Source of the DNA: Chiloscyllium plagiosum
Taxonomy: Eukaryota
Reading direction: 5' to 3'
Assembly (NCBI RefSeq): GCF_004010195.1
Contig: NC_057718.1
Coordinates: 81,896,110-81,919,025, forward strand
Length of the DNA: 22,916 nt
This document shows, in pieces, positions 10,639 to 20,523 of this stretch. The position numbers were made by a program, and so were the translations under genes. Positions within the stretch are counted from its first letter, which is position 1. Every line of letters begins with the position of its first letter. The notes beneath the pieces were generated by a model. That model worked only from the letters and a program-made list of their open reading frames with translations. It was not told the DNA's origin and searched no databases.

Positions 10639-11100
10639 GAAGTAGCAGCAAACCTTTCTAGAGGATATTTCAGAACACACAAAATGATGCATTCCAAAAA
10701 AGTAAGAAAACTTTTAAGAGGTGGGCACATCATCTGTGATTAACTAACAATATTGAAGATAGCATCGAACTTAAAGGTAAAGCATACAATTGTGCAAAAT
10801 TGGTGGCAAGTCAGAAGATTGACAGAATATAAAAATGAGTAAAGAATGACCAAAACATTAATTAAGAAGGAAAAGTTGGAATATGAGAGAAAACTAGCCA
10901 GTAATTTAAGAACAGACAGAAAAGGTTTCTATAAATATTTTAAAAAAGAAAATAATTAACAAAGTGAATGTTGGTCCCATAGAAATTGGATATGGAGAAT
11001 TAATAAAGGAAAATAAAGATATGGTGTTTGAATTGAAAGATATTTTACTTCAGTCTTCTCTATAGAGGATACAAACACCATCCTGAAGCACTGTATACAG

Positions 11101-11291
11101 TCTCTTGCTCCTCGGATGCTGCCTGGCCTGCTGTGCTTTTCCAACACCACAATTTTCGACTCCATTAATCTTTGCAATGTGGACTGTATACAGTCTCACT
11201 GTATACAGTCCACATTGCAAAGATTAATGGAGTCAAAAATTGTGGTGTTGGAAAAGGACAGCAGGCCAGGCAGCATCCGAGGAGCAAGAGA
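11101..11291. repeat. 191-bp fold-back inverted repeat (94-bp arms, 3-nt loop)
   Basis: 11101-11194 is the reverse complement of 11198-11291 with 2 mismatches (11135, 11157); palindrome ACTGTATACAGT at 11090, 11183 and 11198. Confidence 0.97.
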
Positions 11292-12533
11292 ATCAACGTT
11301 TCGGGCATAAGTTCTTCATCAGGAATGTGGAGGGGGGCAGGAGCTGAGAGATTAATAGAGTGATGGTGGGGAGAAGGTAGGTGGGAAGGTGATAGGTGGA
11401 TGTAGGTGAAAGGTAATTGTGATAGGTCAAAGGGGAGAATGGAGTGGATGGTGGGAAGGAAGATGGACAGGTGAGACAGGTCAAGAGGGCAGTGCCGAGT
11501 TGGAGGCTTGGACCTGGGATGAGGTGGAGAGAGGGGAGATTTGGAAACTAGTGATGTCGATGTTGATGCCATGTAGCTGAAGACTCCTGAGGTGGAAGAT
11601 GAGGCATTCTTCCTCCAGTTGGTGGGTGGCCTGGATTTGGTGGTGGAGGAGGCCCAGGACTTGCATGTCCTTGAGGGAGTGGGAGGGGGATTTGAAGTTG
11701 TCGGCCACAAGACGGTGGGTTTGTATGGTGCATGTGTCCCAGAGATGTTCCCTGAAACATTCCACGAGTTGGCGTCCTCTCTCCCCAATCTAGAGGGGAC
11801 CACATCAAGAGCAATGGACACAGTAGATGAGATGGATGGGTGTGCAGGAAAATCTCTGTTGGATGTAAAAATATCCTTTGGGCCTTGGATGGAGGTGATG
11901 GGGAAGGTATGGGCGCAGATTTTACAGCTCGTGCAGCGGCAGGGGAAGAGTGTGGAGGGTGGGGTGGTAGGGAGAGTGGATCTAATGAGAAAGTTGGAGA
12001 GGGAATGGTCTCTGTGGAATGCAGATAAGAGTGGGAGGGAAACATATCTCTGCTGGTGGAGTCTGATTGTAGGTGGTGGAAATGGTAGAGGATAATACGC
12101 TGTATCCAGAGATTAGTGGGGTGCAAGGTGAGAACCGGGCGGTTCTATCCTTGTTGCGGTTGGAGGGGTGGGGTTTGGGAAGTAGAGGAGATGCTCTGGG
12201 GTGCATTGTTGATCACCTGGGAGGGGAAATTGCAGTCCTTAATATATGAGGCCATCTGGGATGTCCTGGAGTGGAATTGCTCCTCCTGGGAGCAGATACG
12301 GTGAAGGCGGAGGAATTGGGAGTAAGGGGTCACATTTTTACAGGAGAGGGTGTAGCCAAGGTAGCTATGGGAGTCGGCAGGTTTGAGGTAGATGTCCATG
12401 TTGAGTCGATAGTTGGAATTAGACATGGAGAGGTCCAGGAAGGGGAAGGAGGTGTCAAACATGGACCATGTGAACTTAAGGTCAGGGTGGAAGGTGTTGG
12501 TGAATTTGGTGAACTGTTCAATCTCCTTGTGGA
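11230..12533 (-). mobile_element. Penelope-like element (RT C-terminus, GIY-YIG, pLTR), decayed
   Basis: ORF FTNTFHPDLKFTWS..FPFLDL..DIYLKPADSHSYL..PYSQFLRLHRICS and FREHLWDT..LEEECLIFHL; pLTR similar to 9924-10055 and 19125-19548. Confidence 0.92.
11291..11327 (-). ncRNA. Minimal hammerhead ribozyme motif in Penelope pLTR (core boxes intact, stem II damaged)
   Basis: Minus strand ATTC-CTGATGA-aGAAC-TTAT-GCCC-GAAAC-GTT-GATT. Confidence 0.7.
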
Positions 12534-12694
12534 GTTGGTTGAATTTGAGCCCCAGGTAATATCTAAGGGTCAAATTAGATGATGACATGTGTCCACTTTT
12601 TGATCCTTTGGTATCAGCTCTTGTGAAGCAGAATTCAGCAAATATTGGATTGTTTGCCCATTCACAGGGAACGTGAGCTGGGATGAGACCATTT

Positions 12695-12890
12695 TAGGAT
12701 GTGGAATGTGCTGTCTAGGAGTACAGTACGGTAGATTCAATAATGGTCTTCAGAAAAAAATAGGATAATTATCTGAAGAAAACATTTTTGCAGAGATTAC
12801 AATGAAAGGCAGACAGGAGAGATTACATGAATTGCTCTTGTAGAGAGCCAGCACAGATAATGATTGGCTAAAAAATTCTATAATTTAAAA
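12695..12890 (+). mobile_element. Old CR1 LINE 3' end fragment
   Basis: ATGTGGAATG..GATTCAATAATGGTCTTCAGAAAA..GGATAATTATCTGAAG..GAATTGCTCTTGTAGAGAGCCAGCACAGA resembles CR1 ORF2 end and 3' UTR. Confidence 0.55.
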
Positions 12891-13439
12891 GGCCAGACAC
12901 ACAACCTGAGAGCAAGAGAATTTTAAAGAATTTAAATTATTGCAAAGTGTTTGTGAAGTACTCAGGAGTGTACAGGGAGTATAAGTAGGCCTTCATTCAA
13001 CGTTGCCTTGTTTTCATTATTTCATTTTAACATTAAGTTAAAGGAGTCTGTAATCTCATTGAGCTTACTGAAATTCATTTTTTTCATCTCACTATCAGCA
13101 TGACCATGCAGCCTCTGTCACTCTTTAACTATCTGACTTCCAGCCCCTCACAATATTGGACCCTCTGACCTGCTTTCTCCCCCCAATAGTAAACTGAGGT
13201 ACTCCTCGTCCATCAGCAATGCCTACCTCTAGTGGTTCATCCATGTATCCCAGGGGTGTTCTGAGTTATTTACTGAAGAGAAATGGCAAGGAAAAGAGAT
13301 ATGAGTCTCTGGTCATCCCTGACTGGTTTTCTACTAACTTGGGTAAAGATAAGAAAACAGTTCCACTGTAAGTAGCTGGGGTTCTTTCTCTAACTCTACT
13401 ATGTATTACTGTGAAGCTGAACCCCACACTGTTACAGAG

Positions 13440-13763
13440 TTAGATTAGATTCCTACAGTATGGAAACAGGCCCTTTGGCCCAACAAGTCCACACTGACTC
13501 TCCAAAGAGTAACTCACCCAGAGCCATTCCTGTACCCTATATTTAAACCTGACTAATGCACCTAACAATATGGGCAATTTAGCATAGTCAATTCACCTGA
13601 CCAGCACATCTTTGGACTATGGGAGGAAACTGGAGCACCCAGAGGCAATCCACGCAGACGTGGGGAGAATGTACAAACTCCACACAGTCACCCAAGGTGA
13701 GAATTGAACCTGGGTCCCTGGTGCTATGAGGCAGCAGTGCTAACTACTGAGCCACCATGCTGC
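13440..13763 (-). mobile_element. Full-length HE1-type tRNA-derived SINE
   Basis: Collinear with 5304-5614 over its whole length; (TAGAT)n tail; A box TGGCTCAGTAG, B box GGTTCAATTCT; no clear TSD. Confidence 0.95.
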
Positions 13764-13899
13764 TTCTTTTGTGTAAAGTTAGGTAAACAAAGATGAGAGG
13801 AGCATGCACACCTATACAGATGAGCTGAGCCAAATTGTCTTGTTTTGCATTATAAATCCCATGTAATTTACCATGCCACAAAAACTACAGTCAACTTTT

Positions 13900-15095
13900 T
13901 TAGTTGCAGTCAATCTGTACAGAAACCAGCCAAGAATTCTCATCTCTTCTTAAATCAATTCTGGGATTTGGATTATTAATTAGTAATAGTACTGAAACCA
14001 AACTGTGTGTTGCAAACCAAACAATTAATACACAATGATAGCAATGGTGGAGAGAACATTTCCAACAATTCATTAACCATGAATCCACTGCCATAACCGA
14101 TGTTCACCAGATTCTCCAATACCCTGCAATAAGAATCCATGTCTGGACTACTATTGATGGGAGAACTACATCAAGCAAACCAATGAGCAACATTAAAGCC
14201 TAAGGCCATAATAGTATTCCAGCTGAGGTCTTCAAAGCTGGACAGTGTTTTGCTGATATCAAAACTCCTTGCAACCATCCTGGACATTTCAAAGAAAAAG
14301 AAAACCAATCCCTTGGTTTCCAGAATGTGACTATTGTAGCTACCTTCAAGAATGGAGAGTAATCCTGCTGTAGAAACTATTGAGGTCTTTCACTTTTGTC
14401 CATGGCAAAGAAAATCTGGATGCACATTCTTCTGAATCACCAACCACCTGTAATGAAGAAAACTGTACCAGAGACACAATGTGGCTTTATACCTTCCAGA
14501 GAAACCTTTGATTTAATCTTTGTTGCTAGACAACTCCTAAAAGGACATTGAGAAAAACACCGGGAACTCTTCCACTGACCAAATCATTTGACTCAGTAAA
14601 AATCACAAGGATTTGTTGTTCGTTCTTCAGGGATCTGGATGTTTAAGAAATTTCCTCACAATCCTACAACTCATTCCTGATTATATGACTGCAATTGTCT
14701 TGAGTGGGAAACATGAAAGAAATACCTTCAAAATCTGATCAGTACCAAGCAAAGCTGTGTGATATCCCCAATATTATTTGCAGTCTACCTAATGATCATT
14801 TTTCACCTCATCAAACATTAACTGCACTCTGGTGTCAGTGTTAAGTACTGACTAGATGAAAATCTCTAACCTCGGTCACCTCCATCCCAAAACTAAACAG
14901 ACCACCAAAGATGTACGTGTATTTAAATGACTACTATTTTAACACCCTCTCTGCACAAAATTTGCAAGCCTCTCTCAAACTCTTCAATTCTCTACACAAG
15001 AGACTCAGCATCTCTGGTTGTTGTCAATGCAAAACTCAAACATCAACCTACACATGTTCAGTGAAATATTCTCTACCTTCCAAGAAAAACCTTGG
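13900..15095 (+). mobile_element. RTE-clade LINE, RT region (segment 1 of 4), decayed
   Basis: Motifs WREHFQQ, SIPAEVFKAG, TFKNGE*SCCRNY*GLSLLS, VPETQCGFIPSR..DLIFVARQL, LTKSFDSV, KQSCVISPILF. Confidence 0.85.
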
Positions 15096-15134
15096 AATAC
15101 GTTGAGCATATCCCATACTTAGATTCTTCTCTTG

Positions 15135-15858
15135 AAAGGGCCTTGGGTAGTGTTGTAAAGCGACCTCAGGGTTCAGATATGCGATTCTTTGAAATTTGCA
15201 TCCTATACAGACAGGCTGGTTAAAAAAGCATTTAGCATGCTTGCCTTTATTGCTCAGACCTTTGAATATCAGAATTAGGATGTTATGTTGAGGTTGTACA
15301 GAATGTTGGTGAGACCTCTTCTGGTCCAGTTCTGGTCGTTCTATTAAAGGACGGATAGTATGAAGCTGGAGAGGGTTCAGAAGAGATTTACCAGGATGTT
15401 GCAAGGAATGAAGGGTTTGTGTTACAAGGAGAGGCTGGATAGGCAGGGATGTTTTTCACTGGAGCATAAAAGGTTGAGGGGTTACCTTATAGAGATTTAT
15501 AAAATCATGAGGGGTATAGATATAGTGAATGGGAGGTGTCTTTTCCCTAGCATGGGAGATTTTAATACTGGGGGGGGGGGTATTTTTTAAGGTGTGATGA
15601 GAAAGATTTAAAAAGGACATGAGGAACAATCTTTTTACACAGAGAAAAGTTTGTGTGTGAATGAACATTTAGAGGATGCAGGTACAGTTAGAACGTTTCA
15701 AGACATTTATATCAGTATATGAATAAGAAAGGTATGGAAAGATATAGTCCAAGTGCAGGCAGATGGAACTAGTTTAGTTTGGAATTATGGTCAGCATGGA
15801 CTAGTTGGACCAAAGGGTCTGTTTCCATGCTGAATGACTCTACGATTCTATGACTCTA
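15135..15858 (+). mobile_element. CR1 LINE 3' portion inserted into the RTE element
   Basis: ORF KLERVQKRFTRMLQGMKGLCYKERLDRQGCFSLEHKRLRGYLIEIYKIMRGID; CR1 3' UTR and (CTATGACT)-type tail; internal G11 run at 15570-15580. Confidence 0.92.
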
Positions 15859-15859
15859 T

Positions 15860-15990
15860 AACATGTAAAAGTATTAGAAAATTTCCACTAATAATGCATC
15901 CACTGTCTTCTTTGGATCTAATGATTCAAATTGTTGAAGCCAACTCTCCACACATTCAGGCAAAACCCCTGCAAAATCAACAACAGTGGT
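15860..15990 (+). mobile_element. RTE LINE segment 2
   Basis: EANSPHIQAKPLQNQQQW resembles RTE C-terminal A..PSI.A.....QLRW(AGH). Confidence 0.55.
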
Positions 15991-16213
15991 TGCCTTTCGA
16001 GTGGTCAAGGCAGCAGTCTGGCCTATACTTTATTGAAAACTGATTGAAAGATGGCAGCCCTCAAACAGTGCCTCATGGTGGAGATCATGTGTACAACAAG
16101 CCATAAGATACACTAACATAAGCTACACATTTCACACATGACTATTCTCATTCACTGGCAGTTTATTATTATTGTCACATTTTGCATATCCTTGCACACA
16201 TGGTTTTGGATCA
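15991..16213 (-). repeat. Gypsy 3' LTR
   Basis: 15991-16112 aligns with 20297-20423 (TCAAGGCA.CAGTCTGG, TTTATTGAAAA, GCAGCCC, CAAGC); minus-strand AATAAA at 16029-16034; PPT-like AGGAGGGAGG directly adjacent at 16216-16225; exact length uncertain. Confidence 0.7.
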
Positions 16214-18703
16214 TGCCTCCCTCCTAAAGTTATACACATGTTGTCACTGACTGTTCTTCTGTGTTAGGTTCCTTTCCCTGGGGAATGTCATTCTCGTGTG
16301 AGCTGTTGTTGCCAATGGTACCTATTGTTGTTCCATTTCGTCAGGGTGCTGCAGACGTCTGGGTCTGATGGCTGATCTGTGGACTGTGGAGGTGATTAGT
16401 TCACATCCTCCTGATCAGTCACTTACAGTTGAGGGACAGCTTCTCGAGTATTCAGCTGCGGGTGGGATGGTATACCTGGCTATAAAATTCCACTGCACGT
16501 GATTAAAGTAATTAAAGTAACAACTAGTCCACGTACATCCCTCATTGCTACTTGGACTGACTCCTGCAGAGAATGGTGAACCATAGCAGACTTCTAAAGC
16601 TTGACTCCAAAGCTGGCAATGCTTTGGCAGTCTTAGAAAATGAAATTTGACTTTCTGCCATTTCACCTTGATTTTTCCATTCACATCTATTACTAATTCT
16701 GGCTTCAATAGCCCTTTTGTTATTGAAAGAGTAATTTGGGTATGGTACCACATTAGTCTATATACTGGACTACTTTCCATGCTCCCTGTAAGTGCCCTTT
16801 TCCACTCAAGAACTGCCTTGCTCAACCTGTGGTGGATTTGCTCAACTTCTTGATGATTCCTGAGATGCTTGAGATATTCACTGCAGTCTCAGTCTTTGCA
16901 TTTGATTGGGGATAGTGTGAGGATCGTATATAGTGTTGAATATCTCAATACTTTCATAAGCAGCTGAATTCTTCAACTCATGAATTGAAGGCCATTATAA
17001 CTTAGCACAATTTTTGGAATGCAATAATGGTTAAAGTGTGATTTCAGGCATGCTATAATCATTGAAGTTTGTTCAAGCACCTCCCAGTGGTCAGCGTAGC
17101 AGTCTACTGTGACTAGATAATCAGCTCCTGCAATAGTAAAGAGATCTCCTCTCAGCTTCCACCATTGTCTGTCTGGGATGTCATGTCATTATGACTCTCT
17201 AGCTTGTTTAGCTTGGTACTCATTACAAATACTGTATGACTGAATTGGTCCTTGATTCCATTGTTCATGTTTGACCAGTGGAGTACGTCTCTTGCTTTCT
17301 TCAGACTTGACTCAATACCTTGGCAACTTGTATGAAAGTTGTTTAGATCTGTCCTCTCACCTCCTTTGGAATGAAGATGTTATTTCCGTTGTACAATATG
17401 CAACCATGGGCTGTCAATGCTGCACACACACTATTAGAAACAAATGTGCCCCTGATGTTGTTCTGTTGCTATCAATGCCCTAGATACAAATGCAATGGTT
17501 GTCCTTGCTGCACTAGGTTTTCTCCAAGACCCGTCTCACTGGTATCATAGTATTTCAGCTTTGCCATTGCCATCACTAGTTGCTTTATTTTAGCGAATGC
17601 AACTTCATGTTCTGTACCCCAATACCATTGGGCATCCTTGGCCATGAGTTGGTGTAATGGTTCATATTCTGTTGACAACTTGGAGATAACTTGGACAACT
17701 CAAGAATTGTACAAAATAGTTAACACATCCAACATATTGTTGCTTTTTTCTTACATCTATTGGTTATTGCATTCTGGCTACAAATCCCATCTTTTGAGAA
17801 CCTGGTAAAGATCTTTTGCTGTCAGTACTTGGCCTATGTACTTGACGTTAGGGATCTTTAATTACAAATTTTCCCTTGTTCAGTTTCAGGTTCATCTGGC
17901 AAGGTTTGTCCAACAGTGAAAATTGTGATCATGGTCAGCAAAAGCTTTGTCCATTGTGCCTCCTCATCTGTAAGCTAGCAGATCATCCATTATAGTTTCC
18001 ATTCCAAGATGATCACCAATCATCAAGTGTTGTCTACGAGGATACTCCTCTGGAGACATTGAAATACAACACAATTTGAGCAAGTATCTGTATCTCCAAA
18101 CAGGATTCCAGAATATAGTCAGAAAGTTGTTACTTCCATCCAACATCTCTTGTCAGTAACTACCCTTCACAACTAGGATAGTGAAGAAGTTTTGCAAACT
18201 GTGACAAAATTCCTTTGATCGTTGGCATGAGCTCGTGAAGTTTCTTCAGAGCTCTACATAGTTCCTTTAGGGTCAATGCATACTCTCAATTTTCCCAATT
18301 GTTTCACTACATAGTTGCTAATCCATTCTGTAGGAGTTGTCATTTTCTTGATTACTGCTTTGTTTTCCAACTCATCCTTCTTTGTTTTTCAGGCTGATGG
18401 AACACTTCCTTTGCAAATACTGAAAGAGTCTTACACTCTCATCTGATTCAAGATGATAATCTCCAAGAAATATACTAAACCCATGAACACATTGTTGTAC
18501 TCTTCCAGAATATAAGTTATGGTCAATTGTTTGATTTGCTGCAAAATATTGTAATCTCTTTTGGCACATTGAGGGTTATCAATCCAAGTTTTAGACTTGC
18601 TCCAATGGAATGAATAGTACTTGCTTGCCATTCATGATCTGGAACTCCAGAGCTTCATTCTACTTATTACATTGAGCTTGCATTGTCGTCTGCCCTCATA
18701 TTG

Positions 18704-18813
18704 TTTTTGTATTCATTAATGGGATGTGGGCATCACTGGCTAGGCCAGCATTTATTGCCAATTCCTAGATAACCTTGGGACAGTGGTGGTTCGCTGCATA
18801 TTGAATCACTGTA
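18704..18813 (-). mobile_element. Short 3' end of a CR1/L2-group LINE inserted in the Gypsy protease region
   Basis: Minus strand GGCAATAAATGCTGGCCTAGCCAGTGATGCCCACATCCCATTAATGAATAC matches the recalled 3' terminus of an abundant shark LINE. Confidence 0.7.
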
Positions 18814-19124
18814 GCCTCAGCTTTACTTTGGAGTGCTTCATTTTTGGATTATCATGTCGAGCCATTTTGCGCAGGTCTGTGAAGGTCATAATGTTATATT
18901 TTGCATTGGTTCTCCTTCTGCAGTCCTCATTCCAAGAGTCACAAATCCATCGAGCTGACTGAACTAATCTATGCACGGTGAGGAATGATTTCTCAGAATT
19001 GTCAGCTGATATCTCTCAACATGCTTGCCCTTCCTTCTAGCCATACAGTTTTGTGCAAAATGAATCAGTTTCTTTCCTCAGACTAGACATGTCTTTTCTT
19101 TTTGTTTGCATGATATCCTCCTGC

Positions 19125-19548
19125 ATTCTCATCTTCTGCCTTGGGATCCTCCAACCTCATGGCATCAATGTGGATTTCATCAGTTTCCTCAGCTCCCCTA
19201 CCCCCAACTTATCCCAGATCCAACCCTTCAACTTGGCACTGCCCTCATGACCTGTCCTGTCGATCTTCCTTCCCACCTATTCGCTCCACCCTCAGCTCCA
19301 ACCTATGACCATCACCCCCACCTGCATCTGCCTATTGCCTCCCTAGCTACCTTGCCCCATAGTCCCACCCCCCCCCTCCTATTTATCTCTCAGCACCATT
19401 GGCAACCCCACCCCCCATGTTTCTGATGAAGGGCTTATTCCCAAAACGCCGACTCTTCTGCTCCCTAGATGCTACATGACCGGCTGTGCTTTTCCAGCAC
19501 CATACTTTTTGACTCTGATCTCCAGCAACTGCCGTCCTCACTTTCTCC
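19125..19548 (+). mobile_element. Penelope-like element 3' fragment inserted in Gypsy gag
   Basis: LIFCLGILQPHGINVDF then pLTR with hammerhead-like CTGATGA-aGGGC-TTAT-TCCC-AAAAC-GCC (19423-19450); 14-bp TSD TGATATCCTCCTGC/TGATATCCTTCAGC (19111-19124, 19549-19562, 12/14). Confidence 0.9.
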
Positions 19549-20277
19549 TGATATCCTTCAGCTCCTGCCCTTTGATTGTCATTGTTATTTGGACCTGTAG
19601 TATCTATTAGCATTATGCAATGCCTGGTCAATTCTGCCACAAATATGCTCTTGCTGCTTAACATTTCTGTACATGTCAATTCATTTTCTGAGAGAAAGTC
19701 TCTCCTTTCTCAACAGATGTGCTCTCATTGTGGGATCTCTTATGCTGTCTTTAATTAGATTATTTTTCTGTTGAATAAATGCACAGGATTTTGCAGGCTG
19801 ATTAATGCAGCCATGTGTTGATCAATGCACTCTTTTTTCACTTTGGGCTCCAATACTAAGCACATTTCATTCATAAGTTACATTCATTAAGGTTTAAACC
19901 ATGCACCGAAGTTTTCAAAATTTCTGCAATCTTTTCAATCCATTAGGCAAATGTAGGATGGAGTATAATTTGAAACAGTCTCTTTCCAGCAGTGATTGGA
20001 GCCTATCCATAGCTTGTTAAGCAAACCTGTTGCAATTTCACAATTTTGATGGTGCACACATGGAAATGTAATCAATTCTGCTTCATATTACATATCATTT
20101 TGACCAGAGATGGGAGAGGACAGGTTGCAGCCATTGTGTTGGACCTAGTGCTTCAGCTATGATTTATTTTTTAGATCATTTTTATTTATTTTGGTTTAAT
20201 TTATTTTGGTTGCTTGTTCCTGCTCGCAGCCTGAAGTATTCCATATCTGTGGTTTTTTTATAGCTTTTCAGCACTCA

Positions 20278-20296
20278 ATCTCAACTCCTGACACTT
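20278..20296 (-). promoter_or_regulatory. Primer-binding site remnant, tRNA-Leu(CAG) type
   Basis: Plus-strand ACTCCTGACAC (20284-20294) equals part of the 3' end of vertebrate tRNA-Leu(CAG) (..ATCCCACTCCTGACACCA), directly adjacent to the 5' LTR. Confidence 0.7.
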
Positions 20297-20423
20297 TGGC
20301 TCGAGCTCTCAAGGCAACAGTCTGGTCTGTACTGTGACTTTATTGAAAATGAGCTGGAAGATTGCAGCCCCACTCAGTGCTGCATGACAAAGGTCACATG
20401 GATATGACAAGCTAGGAGGAACA
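20297..20423 (-). repeat. Gypsy 5' LTR (diverged, possibly truncated)
   Basis: Similar to 15991-16112, roughly 70-75% identity by eye. Confidence 0.7.
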
Positions 20424-20523
20424 TTGGTGCAGGTTGCATTTCTATCCAGATGACTGAAAAACATTTCCCCACCAGGTCCCATTTTCTCAACTATCAAACA
20501 ACCAGGTTTCCAGGGAGAACAAG
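20424..20523 (+). mobile_element. RTE LINE segment 3
   Basis: QMTEKHFP/HQVPFSQLSNNQVSR resembles RTE RM...RLP.Q..(Y/F)S.L..G.R following the QLRW motif of segment 2. Confidence 0.6.

Larger units (their letters stand above)
9840..11088 (+). mobile_element. CR1 LINE ORF2 fragment (EN-RT linker), interrupted by a Penelope-like element
   Basis: Segments 9840-9923 and 10639-11088: GNYQGMRAELA, KEKLEYERKLASNLRTDRKGFYKY, YFTSVFSIED; same region as young CR1 at 22614. Confidence 0.8.
15991..20423 (-). mobile_element. Gypsy/Ty3 LTR retrotransposon, near full-length, decayed
   Basis: Minus-strand order gag (ATG 20134, MAATCPLPS..EIATGL), protease region (NIMTFTDL..SKVKLRL), RT (FLTIFW..SPEEYPRRQH..ETIMDDLLAY), RNase H (LKYYD.SETGLG..QQGQP), integrase (DYLVTVDCYADHWE, YNGLQF, SSPVYRLM); two related LTRs, PBS and PPT remnants. 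Confidence 0.9.

Noticed and set aside
10022..10651. 209-aa ORF as a host nuclease gene
   Set aside because: It is the frameshifted GIY-YIG region of a 5'-truncated Penelope element bounded by a TSD
11089..11210. CRISPR-like array from repeated palindromes
   Set aside because: Only three 12-bp copies with irregular spacing inside a fold-back in vertebrate repeat DNA; no cas genes
11165..12126. Long Pro/Ser/His-rich overlapping ORFs (218, 192, 167 aa)
   Set aside because: Alternative-frame or antisense readings of the C-rich Penelope sequence
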